Origin: Longimicrobiales bacterium
Lineage (GTDB): Bacteria > Gemmatimonadota > Gemmatimonadetes > Longimicrobiales > Gaopeijiaceae
Direction of reading: 5' to 3'
DNA length: 64,000 bases
NCBI GenBank assembly: GCA_965203485.1
Contig: OZ241892.1
Coordinates: forward strand, 2,656,001-2,720,000
In this document: positions 19,131-29,700 of the stretch, piece by piece
How the letters are laid out: every line of letters begins with the position of its first letter
How positions within the stretch are numbered: the stretch's first letter is position 1
Notes under the pieces: model-generated
Databases searched by the model: none
What the model was told of the DNA's origin: nothing
The model's input: the letters and a program-made list of their open reading frames with translations, nothing else
Program-made: the position numbers and the translations under genes

Positions 19131-20164
19131 ACGCCAAGACAATCACGTTCTTCAACAACAAGAGCGGAGTCGGCAAGACGTCCTTGATTTACCACGTCGC
19201 ATGGATGCTGGCCGAACTGAACCACGATGTCCTCGCGGTCGACTTGGATCCGCAGGCCAACCTAACGGCCGCATTCTTGACTGCGGACATCCTTGAGCGT
19301 TTGTGGCAAGAAACAGAACCACCCAAAGCCGACACCATGTACGAGTGCGTGTCGCCATTGATGAAAGTCGGCGATATCCAGTCGCCCACGGTTCGCAAGA
19401 TTGCCGATCACCTTTACTTGCTTCCGGGGGACTTGGCGCTCTCCAGCTTTGAAGACCTATTGTCGAATGAATGGCCCAACTGCCTAGCCAGCGATCCGCG
19501 CTCCCAGTACCGAGCGTTTCGCGTTACGACGGCGTTTTGGCAAGTGATCAGGACGAGTCTGAGTCAATGTCACGCTGATACTGTGCTGATCGACGTGGGG
19601 CCAAGCCTCGGTGCCATCAACCGGTCCGCGTTGATTGCCACCGACTGCGTAGTGGTCCCCCTCGGAGCCGATCTCTTCTCGAGGCAGGGACTGAGGAACC
19701 TTGGGCCCACTCTGCGCCGGTGGCGACGGGACTGGCAAACCAGACTGGAACACTGCGACAGCCCGGATTTTGCATTGCCGGACGGGCGCATGAAGCCCAT
19801 TGGCTACCTCGTCCAACAGCATGGAGTGCGGCTCAGTCGCCCGGTCAAAGCCTACGACCGTTGGGCGAACCAGATGCCGGCCGAATACGCCCGTCATGTG
19901 ATGGACGAGAAGACGACGGCGGCCGACGCCCCGGCGGCCGACGAGCACTGCATCGCGACCATCAAGCACTACCGCAGCCTCGTGCCGTTGAGCCAGGACG
20001 CCAGAAAGCCGATCTTCTTGCTGCGGCCTGCGGACGGCGCCATCGGAAGCCACGCCGTGGCCGCCAACCAGGCATACGACGACTTTAGGGTGCTGGCGAA
20101 AGCGTTGTTGCGGCGCAGTGATCTTGTGCGTGACTTGGGGGAGCCGCACGGAGACATGACATGA
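19127..20164 (+). CDS. ParA/Soj-family ATPase
   Basis: FFNNKSGVGKTS, VDLDPQANLT, IDVGPSLGAINRSALIA; ATGA overlap with the upstream gene. Confidence 0.85.
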   Translation: MNAKTITFFNNKSGVGKTSLIYHVAWMLAELNHDVLAVDLDPQANLTAAFLTADILERLWQETEPPKADTMYECVSPLMKVGDIQSPTVRKIADHLYLLPGDLALSSFEDLLSNEWPNCLASDPRSQYRAFRVTTAFWQVIRTSLSQCHADTVLIDVGPSLGAINRSALIATDCVVVPLGADLFSRQGLRNLGPTLRRWRRDWQTRLEHCDSPDFALPDGRMKPIGYLVQQHGVRLSRPVKAYDRWANQMPAEYARHVMDEKTTAADAPAADEHCIATIKHYRSLVPLSQDARKPIFLLRPADGAIGSHAVAANQAYDDFRVLAKALLRRSDLVRDLGEPHGDMT

Positions 20165-20257
20165 CGAGCACATCCCGGATGACGGCCTTGCTGGCCTCCT
20201 TGTTCGCGTTGCATCCCGATCTCCGATCCCGAACACGTGGGCCGTCGCCAAACTCCG

Positions 20258-23215
20258 CTAACGCGCGGCGGCCCCGCTCTCCCCGTCGGCTTGGCGGCGT
20301 AGGGCCGCCAGTGCCGCCTTGTTGTTTCCGTGGACGGACGGTTCCCTGCACCAGAGATCGCGCAGGTTGGCCACCATGTCGTCGGCCCATGGCGGCAGAG
20401 CCAACATTCGCACCACCGCTCGATCGATCTCCGCACGGACCGGATCGGCATGGGCTTGGCACAGAGGCCGCAACAACTTCGTCTTGATCTTGTCGAACTC
20501 TCCCGCGGCACCGTCCAGCGTCGGGGCGTCCAAGCGATCAAGCAAGGGCACGGGTATCCGTCTGAGCGCACGGACTTGCGTCGTGGATCGCCCCGCGTGA
20601 GTCCTCTGGCCCACGGACCAGTGAAGCAGACTGCCCAGCGTGGAGTTCGCCCAAAGCGCGAACGCCTTGAGAACCCGCTCGTCGTCATGCCTCAACGCTG
20701 TCCACGAGCGCCCGCCCATCACCGGCATCTGGGTCGTGGCCGCCACCAAGGACTGCGACGTCCATCTCAGGTTGCGGGCGTAGAACAGCGTGCCGGCCCG
20801 GCCGCGCATTCGGTCCTGGTCCCTGCCCGTCAACGCCTTCGGCACGATTCCCTTGTGCGTGGGTCGCACTTCCATCCGCCGTTGCTTCTTCGAGTCGGCC
20901 ATCCACAACGCTCGATCGCCGACGAGCGACGCTCCCGGCGGCAACGGATGGAACTCGAAGGCGCCGCGTCCGTCTCCGCCGACGGGATATCCGATCAAGT
21001 CGTGCGTCGGCCCGATCTCGAACAGGTCCCCCAAGCGTCCAAAGGCCACGCTCGAGGCCACGCTCTCCGGGGCGCCGAATTGGCCGAAGCGACCGTGGCT
21101 CAGAGCATTCGAGAACTCGGCCAAGGCCGCCGACATGGCGCCGACCGGAGTCCATGGCTTGCCCGATCCGTCGGCTTCGAACGCGACTACTCTGCCGACT
21201 TCTTCGTCGCCTACGCGGACGGGAATGTGGCCGGTGCCCATATCCTCGACGGCACGGCCCACGGCCCGAGCGATCTCGTGGGCCTGTCCGGCATCGCGCA
21301 ACGGTTCGTACAAGGTGACGCACCGAACGACGGCAACCCCCGATGCCGCCGACGCCCGCTTCGTGGCCACAAGCATCATTTCTTCCATGCCCGTGTCCGC
21401 CGAGACAGCCTCTCTTCGCAGCGCGCGACCGGCCGAAAAAGCAATCGCCACAACATCGCTGTACCGGGTCTCGACAAGCTTCCGCGTCATGGTCCAGCTG
21501 TCGGCAAAGGCCGCCGTCAGCGGAAGCACGAAACCCAGGCGTCCACCGGGCCTGAGCTTTTGGTCGGCCAGCGCCAGGAAGGAAGCGGCCATCCCTGCCT
21601 GATTGTTCGACTTGCCGCGTGTCAGCGCTTGCCACCGGCGCTGGCACGCTTTCCGCTCCTCGTCGCTCATGCCGGCAACGTCGAAGGCGCTCTGGCCGCC
21701 TCGGGTACGCGAATACGGCGGATTCATGAGCGCCCAGCAAAGAGAGTCGTCGCCGACGTAGACCGAGCTCGGGCGCTCTTCCTCGATTCCGGCCGACTTC
21801 TCTCCCGCCGTGCCGAAGAGGTCGTCCATCTCCTCCGCCTCGAAGTACTCCAACGCACCGGCCTTGGCAGGCGTTCCGCCAACCCTGACCCATCCGACGT
21901 GAGTCGCGCCGTAGGGATTGCCGTCGCCCAGCGCGGCCAGCGAAGAGGCCGTCAGGTGGGCGGCGATGGGGCTGATGTCGGTACCGTAGATGCCAGTCTC
22001 CATGGCCGCCTTGTGAAGTCGCACCACGGAATCGGGCGTCGCGTCGCCCGAACGCTGGTGAAACGCCGCGATCCTTCTGTAACCGGCCCGCAGAAGCGTG
22101 CCCGTGCCGCAGGCCAAGTCGGCGAGCTTCGCGCGGTTCCACAGTTCGGGATCGCCCCAAGAGACACCGGACGGCAACGAGTCCTTCGCCACGGTCATGG
22201 CCGCCAGGAATTCGGCGGCGGGAGGTTGCGTGTAGTAGGCAGCCGCGGTCTTCCGGTCGTCGCTCAGCTTTGGAAAGAGCTCCGCGCCGACGTTGATGTG
22301 CGCTCCTAGCCTGCGGGCCTTGATTCTCTGAACAGCCTCCAACAAGCAACGGAGCGCCTGCGACGTCGCTCGAGAATTGACCGCTTCGGCCCTTGTCATG
22401 ACCTTCTTCGCGGGTTCGAATACCGATCGCCAGTTCCGACTCAATATGCCCCGCCATGCCTCGACGAAATCGTAGGGCAAAGGATACCCTGCTTCGTCGC
22501 AGCAATCGATTGGCGCGGGCACGTCTCCGTGGCGCTCGTGAAGCCTGGCTTGCGTCAACAATGCATTGAGCCAGAGCACCATGGTCGTGGCAAAGCCGGT
22601 CAGCACCGTTCGCTGGTCCACTTCGGCAACCAGTCGTTCTCTTTGCGACGGCTCGCTGAGGCGATGGAGCCGGGCCGCCGCCCATTGCACCCGTTGCGCG
22701 ACGTAGTCCGCTGTTTCGTCGACGACCTCTTTCGGCGAGGCCACCAGCGGCAGGAGGTCGACGAGATCGACGCCGGCGCCCGTCGCGAATCCACGCTTCG
22801 GCCATCGTCGCGACGTGCCTTCGCCCGTTCGCTGGTGCACGGCGTAAGCAAGTTCCGTCCCTTCTTCAAGCTCTCGCGCAATGCGCGACCTCGACCATTT
22901 TCGGCAGGACTCGGGAATGCGAACTGCGACCGCGGTTTCGATCTGCATTCCATCGGACGCCGTCTCCAAACCGAGGCGGGCCGAGGCGTCCCGGTCCGCG
23001 TCCCGACCGTCGAACGAGGCTTCGATCGCTACCGGCCACATTTCCGGGTCCGCAACAAGAATGTCGGGATGCTTGCCCGGCGCCCCTGCTATCGTCCGCG
23101 TCCGCTCCACCTGAACGCAGTCCGGCGATTCGCGCCACCTCACGACGGACCGTCGCAACGCCGTGCCGAGCGCTTCGTTGAAGGAGGGCTCGGTGGTCAA
23201 CCCCCGGTGCGACAT
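20258..23215 (-). CDS. Type IIG-like fused restriction/N6-adenine methyltransferase
   Basis: AAYYTQP, motif I DLACGTGTLL, motif IV MNPPY, GGRLGFVLP; N-terminal HPDILV...VAIEAS; C-terminal TRD-like WANSTLG. Confidence 0.75.
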   Translation of the reverse strand: MSHRGLTTEPSFNEALGTALRRSVVRWRESPDCVQVERTRTIAGAPGKHPDILVADPEMWPVAIEASFDGRDADRDASARLGLETASDGMQIETAVAVRIPESCRKWSRSRIARELEEGTELAYAVHQRTGEGTSRRWPKRGFATGAGVDLVDLLPLVASPKEVVDETADYVAQRVQWAAARLHRLSEPSQRERLVAEVDQRTVLTGFATTMVLWLNALLTQARLHERHGDVPAPIDCCDEAGYPLPYDFVEAWRGILSRNWRSVFEPAKKVMTRAEAVNSRATSQALRCLLEAVQRIKARRLGAHINVGAELFPKLSDDRKTAAAYYTQPPAAEFLAAMTVAKDSLPSGVSWGDPELWNRAKLADLACGTGTLLRAGYRRIAAFHQRSGDATPDSVVRLHKAAMETGIYGTDISPIAAHLTASSLAALGDGNPYGATHVGWVRVGGTPAKAGALEYFEAEEMDDLFGTAGEKSAGIEEERPSSVYVGDDSLCWALMNPPYSRTRGGQSAFDVAGMSDEERKACQRRWQALTRGKSNNQAGMAASFLALADQKLRPGGRLGFVLPLTAAFADSWTMTRKLVETRYSDVVAIAFSAGRALRREAVSADTGMEEMMLVATKRASAASGVAVVRCVTLYEPLRDAGQAHEIARAVGRAVEDMGTGHIPVRVGDEEVGRVVAFEADGSGKPWTPVGAMSAALAEFSNALSHGRFGQFGAPESVASSVAFGRLGDLFEIGPTHDLIGYPVGGDGRGAFEFHPLPPGASLVGDRALWMADSKKQRRMEVRPTHKGIVPKALTGRDQDRMRGRAGTLFYARNLRWTSQSLVAATTQMPVMGGRSWTALRHDDERVLKAFALWANSTLGSLLHWSVGQRTHAGRSTTQVRALRRIPVPLLDRLDAPTLDGAAGEFDKIKTKLLRPLCQAHADPVRAEIDRAVVRMLALPPWADDMVANLRDLWCREPSVHGNNKAALAALRRQADGESGAAAR

Positions 23216-23324
23216 GGCCTGCCGTTCCTCCGAGCGACGGCATCGCTCGCGATGTGGGCGATGGACGAGCCAACGGACGCCGGCTGGCTCGCAGAGAGGT
23301 GAACGTCGGATGTCCGGCCTGGCT

Positions 23325-26300
23325 TCACCCGCCCCTCCGCACCCTGCGGCCCGGCGTCCAGGGCGCTCCCACGTCGTCCAGCGCCTGCCGGAAGTCCGCC
23401 ATCGCGGCCAGCAACGCGTCAAGCGTCTCAAGATGCTCGTCCAAGAGAGGCGCCGTCCGCTCCAGCACGGCACGTTCGTGCTGGGTGGCAGGCGCGAACG
23501 CTTGGTGCAGTCCGTTGGCCTCCGAGAGTTGCCGCAATAGTGGGACGGGACCGTCGTCGCCGCCTCCGCCGCCGCCGAAGCCGCCCTGTCCGCTGCGACC
23601 CCGCAAGGCTTCGAGCAGGCTGTCGACGCGTTCCGCCAAGGAATCGGCGCGCGCTTCCAAGCCGGACCGGTCCCCAACATCCCCGCGATCGCTTCTGGCC
23701 GCGCGTTCCAGGGCTCGGCCCACGCCCTCCAGCTCCTCCTCGATCTCCTCCGCCTGCCGCACCGCGATCCGGGCCGTCGCCGACAAGTCCCGGTGCGTCG
23801 CGCGCAACCGCTGCAGCTCGGCCAGGTCTACCGCCGTCATCTCGATCAGATCGTCCTGCTCAACGGCGAACGAGCGCTCCACGACGACCGGATCCCCCTC
23901 GCCGTCCGAGGGCTCGATCATCAGACGCGCCGTGTACCGCCCAGGCAACGTCGGCACGCCCGCGCCGAACCCGAAGCCTCCGCCGGCACCGCCAAAGCCA
24001 CCGCCCCCTTGGCCACTTCCGCTTCGCCGGGGCGGGCCGGACCATGGCGCGTCAAGCCGCAGGTCCCATCGCGCGCTCCGCAGCCCCGCGGCCGCCGTCG
24101 CCCTGAGCACGCGCACCACGTCGCCGTGCTCGTCCACGATCTCGATCGACGCGTCGCCCTCCATCCTCTCCGGCAAGTAGTACCACACCGTCGCCCCGTA
24201 GGGAGGATTGTCCGCCGCATAGTTGCGGTCCGCGTGCGTGCCGGTCGTGGGCGCGGTGTTCACGACGTAGGCAAGCGCGTCCCGCACTGGAAACACATAG
24301 GGCCCGCCCGCGGCCTTGGCCTCGGCCAGCATGACGAGCGGCGTCAGGTCGTCGATCACGAAGAAGCCGCGTCCGTGCGTGGCCACGACCAAGGCGTTGT
24401 CGCGGGGATGTACCTTGATGTCGTGCACCGGCGACGGCGGGATGCCGTTCTTCAGAGGCGTCCAGGACTCGCCGCCGTCGAGCGACACGAAGGGGCGTAT
24501 TTCGGTGCCCACGAAGAGCACGTCGGGGTTCTCGTGGTGCTCGGCGAACGCGCGCACGTTGCCGAACTCGGGCAGGTCGCCCGCTATGGAACGCCATGTT
24601 CGCCCTTCGTCCTCGCTCTTCAGCACGTAGGGCCGAAAGTCGTTGCTGCGGTGGCCGTCCAGCGTCGCGTACAAGGTCGTCTCGTCGTGCAGCGACCAGC
24701 GCACCTTGCTCACGTAAGTGGTGTCGGGGACGCCGGGGAAGTCGGTCTGCTTGCGCCATGTCCGGCCGTCGTCGGCGCTGACCGCGATCATGCCGTCGTC
24801 GGAACCGGTGGCGATGACGCCGGGCCGGAGGCTGGACACGTGCATGGTCGAGATGTTGGAGAACACGGCCGTGCCTTGGTGGCGCGACACTGCGTTGTCG
24901 GCGGGAACGGAGCCCATCATGGGCAGGCTGTCGCGATCGATCTCGCGCGTCAGGTCGTCGCCCAGCGCTTCCCAGCTGTTGCCCTGGTCCGTGCTCTTGA
25001 ACACGTGGTTGCCGGCGAAGTACACGGTGGACGGGTCGTGAGGCGAAATCTGGATCGGCGAACTCCAGTTGAAGCGGTACGCGTCCTCGCCGGGCGCGGG
25101 CCGCGGCCGGATCGACTTGCGCTCGCCCGTTCGGCCGTTGAAGCGCAACAGGTTTCCGTTCTGGGATTCGACGTAGGCCACGTTGTGGTCGCGGGGATCG
25201 ATGGCCGCGAAGAAGCCGTCGCCGCCCGCCATGCGGTACCAGTCGGCGTTGCCGATGCCCATGGAGTTGCGGGTGCGGCTCGGCCCGCCCCACGTCGAGT
25301 TGTCCTGCAGGCCGCCGTAGATGCCGAAGAACGGCTCCTGCATGTCCATGCCCACCGCGTAGAACTGGCTGATGGGCAGGTTCGGCGAGAAGTCCCAGGT
25401 CTCGCCCCGGTCGTGCGACACGTAGAAGCCGCCGTCGTTGCCCAGCAGGATATGCGAGGAATTGTCCGGGTTGATCCACATCGAGTGATGGTCCACGTGC
25501 ACGGAACGGGCGATCCGCGTCCAGGTCTCGCCACCGTCCTCGGAACGCTGCAGCGGCACGCCGAGGTGATACACCACTTCGGGATCGTTGGGATCGACTC
25601 GGATCTGGCCGAAATACCAGGGAATCGAGGCGATGTCGCTCGTCTTGCGCCAATTGGCGCCGCTGTCGTCGGTGCGGTAGACGCCCTGCTCGGAGCCTTC
25701 GACCACCGCGTACAGCGTGGCCGGCCTGACGTGGCTGATGTCCAATCCAATCCGTCCCATGTCGGACGTTGGCAGGCCATTGGACAGCTTCGTCCAAGTG
25801 GCGCCCGCGTCAGTGGTCTTGTAAATGCCGCTGCCGGGGCCTCCGCCGACATAGCTGTAGGCCCGGCGCTCCCGTTGCAACGCCGAGGCGTAGAGCACCT
25901 TGGAATTTCTGGGATGCATCACGAGATCGGTCACGCCCGTGTGCTGGTCGATGGTCAGGACGGCCTCCCAGGTCTCGCCGCCGTCGGTGGTCTTGAAGAC
26001 GCCCCGCTCGCCTCCGGCGCCCCAGAGAGGACCAACGGCCGCGACGTACACCGTGTTCGGGTCGTCGGGGCTGACGACGATCCGTCCGACGTGCTGCGAC
26101 GTTCGAAGCCCCATGTGGCGGAATGTGGCGCCGCCGTCCTCCGACTTGTACACGCCGTCCCCGTAGGACGAGCTGCGCATGTTGTTCGGCTCGCCGGTCC
26201 CGACCCAGACGATGTTCGGATCGGACGGCGCCAACGTCACGTCGCCGATGGACCCGACGCCGGCGTCGTCGAAGACCGGCTCCCAGGCGACGCCCCCGCT

Positions 26301-26672
26301 CGTGGACTTCCACACCCCGCCGGTCGCGGCTGCGATGTAGACGATCTGCCCGGGCTGGATTTCCTCGGCAAGCAGGCGCCTCTGGCTGAAGTCGTATGCG
26401 GACCAGTTGGGCATGGCGACCGCGATGTCCACCACGCGGCCGCTCATGACGGCGGGCCCAAGGGAACGGGCCGCGACCCGGCCCACGAGGGCTTCTTCCG
26501 ATGCGTTGGAAGCGGCCGAGCCCTGCGCGGATGCGCCGCTTCGTTGGGCGTCGAGGGATGCGGTCGTGGCGACGACCGATGCGACTGCAAGGGCAAGCGC
26601 ACCGGAAGGCCGGCGGGAGAGGGCTGTGGCGAAGAACGAACGGAAGCGAATGCGCATGGCGTGCTCGGGCAT
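23325..26672 (-). CDS. Secreted VPS10/sortilin-like BNR (Asp-box) repeat protein, glycosyl hydrolase-like
   Basis: Signal peptide, GPAVMSGRV, repeated S/TxDGGxTW, HVDHH, GGLQDN, THGRG. Start is approximate. Confidence 0.88.
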   Translation of the reverse strand: MPEHAMRIRFRSFFATALSRRPSGALALAVASVVATTASLDAQRSGASAQGSAASNASEEALVGRVAARSLGPAVMSGRVVDIAVAMPNWSAYDFSQRRLLAEEIQPGQIVYIAAATGGVWKSTSGGVAWEPVFDDAGVGSIGDVTLAPSDPNIVWVGTGEPNNMRSSSYGDGVYKSEDGGATFRHMGLRTSQHVGRIVVSPDDPNTVYVAAVGPLWGAGGERGVFKTTDGGETWEAVLTIDQHTGVTDLVMHPRNSKVLYASALQRERRAYSYVGGGPGSGIYKTTDAGATWTKLSNGLPTSDMGRIGLDISHVRPATLYAVVEGSEQGVYRTDDSGANWRKTSDIASIPWYFGQIRVDPNDPEVVYHLGVPLQRSEDGGETWTRIARSVHVDHHSMWINPDNSSHILLGNDGGFYVSHDRGETWDFSPNLPISQFYAVGMDMQEPFFGIYGGLQDNSTWGGPSRTRNSMGIGNADWYRMAGGDGFFAAIDPRDHNVAYVESQNGNLLRFNGRTGERKSIRPRPAPGEDAYRFNWSSPIQISPHDPSTVYFAGNHVFKSTDQGNSWEALGDDLTREIDRDSLPMMGSVPADNAVSRHQGTAVFSNISTMHVSSLRPGVIATGSDDGMIAVSADDGRTWRKQTDFPGVPDTTYVSKVRWSLHDETTLYATLDGHRSNDFRPYVLKSEDEGRTWRSIAGDLPEFGNVRAFAEHHENPDVLFVGTEIRPFVSLDGGESWTPLKNGIPPSPVHDIKVHPRDNALVVATHGRGFFVIDDLTPLVMLAEAKAAGGPYVFPVRDALAYVVNTAPTTGTHADRNYAADNPPYGATVWYYLPERMEGDASIEIVDEHGDVVRVLRATAAAGLRSARWDLRLDAPWSGPPRRSGSGQGGGGFGGAGGGFGFGAGVPTLPGRYTARLMIEPSDGEGDPVVVERSFAVEQDDLIEMTAVDLAELQRLRATHRDLSATARIAVRQAEEIEEELEGVGRALERAARSDRGDVGDRSGLEARADSLAERVDSLLEALRGRSGQGGFGGGGGGDDGPVPLLRQLSEANGLHQAFAPATQHERAVLERTAPLLDEHLETLDALLAAMADFRQALDDVGAPWTPGRRVRRGG

Positions 26673-26770
26673 GGAAATGGCCTGTTGGGTCGGGTCTTCG
26701 GAGGGAGATGGATGCCGGCGCGACGGAGAGTGCGTTCGCAGAATCGGCAGGGGCATTGGGAGTCGCTTCC

Positions 26771-29700
26771 CTATTGGGAGGAGGACGGCGGCGGACGACG
26801 GCTCGGGAGGGCGACCGGCTCGCCCGCCTTGGGCCGCACGCCCGCTTCGTTCATGCGCCGGTGGAACTCGGGAACGCGTTCCTCGACGTACTCGTTGACC
26901 TGTTCCACGAGAGCCGGCACCTGCTCCCACGCATGGGCGACCGCCAGAAGCTGGCCCTTGGACGGCGGCCCGGCGTTGCGCTCGATGCCGGAGGCGGCGC
27001 GTCCGGGCCTTGCGCGCTGCAGTCGGCGCTGGAGCGAGTCCACTTCGGCGGCGAGGGTCTCGGCTTGCTCCTTGAGAGCCGCGATATGCCCGGCATCTTC
27101 CGTCGCGTCCTCGGCTGCTTCCGCCCCCTCGCCTGTTCCGGCCCCCTCGCCGGGATCGGCCCCTTCGCCTGCGCCCGCTGCTTCGCCCGCGGCTTCCGTC
27201 TCGCCGGCGCCTTCCACGCCGCCGACGTCCGCCCGTCCGGCGTCGCCGTCATCGCCCCCGGCGACCCGTAGCAGATCTTCGGCGGCCTCCAGCTGCTCCG
27301 ACAAACGCCGCAACGCCCGCGCCGCCAAGGCAATCGTCCCGTTCAGCGTGGCCACGTCGCGCGCGGCTTCCTGGCGCGCCTGCAACGCTTCCATGTCGGC
27401 GCTCGCCCGCGGGTCGAGCCGCACGGCCACGTCTTCCTGCATCGTCTGGCCGCCCGCCTCCAGCTGCACCACGTATGCGCCCGGCAACACCAGGGGGCCT
27501 CGCGGCGCCCCCCCAAAGCCGCCGCCGCCCGGCCCGCCGTCCTGTCCTTCCGGCATTTCCACCGGCGCGTCCTCCCGCAGGTCCCAGACCACTTGGTTGA
27601 CGCCCGGCCCGGCCGTCGCCTCCAGCGTCCGCACCGGCCCGCCGTCCTCGCTCGTCACGGACAACGTCGCCGAGTCGACTCCCTCGGCCAGCCAGTAGCG
27701 GATCACCGCCCCGTCCGGCGGATTCGCGGCCTCGTAGACATCGCCGCGGAACGGCCAGCCGCCCATGCGGAACCATTGCGTCGCCCCGGCAACCGGAAAC
27801 AGATGTGCGTTCTTGTCGAACACCGAGCCCGTCGCCAAGTCCTCCAGCGGCGCCAAGTCGTCCAGAATCCAGATGCTGCGGCCGTGCGTGCCCACGACCA
27901 AGTCGTTTTCGCGAGGGTGCACGACCATGTCGTCCACCGGCACCGTCGGCAGACCCTTCATCCGGCGCCACGAGCCGCCGCGGTCCAGCGAGACGAACAC
28001 GCCGATCTCGTTGCCCGCGAAGAGCAGGTTCTCGCTGCGAGGATGCTCGCGGATCACGTTCACCGACCAGTCGGGAAGACCGTCCGTCATGCGGCGCCAG
28101 GACTCGCCGTAGTCGTCGCTGCCGTACACGTACGGCGCATAGTCGTCGTCCCAGTGGCGGTCGAACGTCGCGTAGACGCGCCCGGCGGCATGATGCGAGG
28201 CGTCGATGCGGCTCACGTAGGAGCGCTCGGGCAGTCCGGGCACCTTGTCCGCCACGTTCGTCCACGAACTTCCGCCGTCGCGGGTGACCTGCACGTTGCC
28301 GTCGTCCGTGCCCACGTAGATCACGTCCGGGGACAAGGGCGACTCGTCGATCGTGGTGATGTTGCCGTAGGTTGCGATGCCGTCGTGCCGCGACAGGGTG
28401 GAGTCGGTGACGAGCGCGCCCATGATCGGCAGCGAGTCGCGGTCGATCGCCTTGGTCAGGTCGGGGCTCGCCTCCTCCCACGACATGCCCTTGTCGCGGG
28501 AGCGCATGAGGTGATTGGCGCCGACGTACACGGTGCTCGAATTGTGCGCCGACACCACGATGGGCGCGTTCCAGTTGTAGCGGTACCTTCGCTCCTCGTC
28601 GCCTTGCGCGGACTCGTCCTCGCTCGGCCGCGATTCCCCGGGCGGGGGCACGGGACGCATGTTGAGCGCTTCGCCCGTGGCCAAGTTGACGCGCCCCGAG
28701 TTGCCGCCCTGCGATTCCGTGTACAGGATGTTGGGATCGTTGGGATCGAACTGGTTGTAGAAGCCGTCGCCGCCCCAGACGTCTCGCCAGTCGCGGTTGC
28801 GCAGCCCGTATCCCGTGATCGTTTCGTTCGGCGCGCACCAGGAGCTGTTGTCCTGCAGGCCTCCGCACACGCGGTACGGGTCGCTCATGTCCACGCCGAT
28901 CTCGTAGAACTGCCCGATGGCGATGTTGTTGTGGTGGCGCCAAGTACGCCCGCCGTCGAAGCTCGTGGCCACGCCGCCGTCGTTGCCCAGCACCAGATGA
29001 TCCGAGTCGGCGGGATCGATCCACAGCGCGTGATGATCGACGTGAATGCCCTGGGCCGCGTCGCCCTCCCACCACGTCCGCCCGCCGTCGTCCGAAGCGG
29101 AGAAGCGCACGCCGCCCAAGTAGACGCGCTCCGGATTGTTGGGATCGACGCGCACCATGCTGAAGTACATCGGCCGGGGATTTCGGCTCGATACCTTCTG
29201 CCAGCTGTCGCCCCTGTCCGTGGACCGGTAGAGGCCGCGCCCGTCGCCCCGCGATTCCACCAGCGCGTACACCAGAGCGCCGTCGCGCCGGTGCACGTCC
29301 ACGCCGATGCGTCCCTTGTCGCCGCCGGGCAGGCCGCGCGTCAGCTCCGTCCACGTGTCGCCGCCGTCGGTCGTGCGGTACAGGCCGCTTCCCGGCCCCG
29401 CGGCGCTGAACCCGAACGCCGTGCGCCGCCGCTGGTACATGGCCGCGAACAGCGTGCGCGGATCGGACGGATCCATGACCAGATCGATCGCGCCCGTGTC
29501 CTCGTCCACCCACAGCGCGCGTTCCCACGTCGCGCCGCCGTCGGTCGTGCGGAAGACGCCCCGCTCCTCGTTCGGCCCGAAGAGGTGGCCCACGGCGGCC
29601 ACGTAGGCCACGTCCGGGTCGCGGGGATGCAGCGCGATGCGGGCGACGTGCCGGGTGTCCTCCAGGCCCACTCCGTCCCAAGTGCGGCCGCCGTCGGTGG

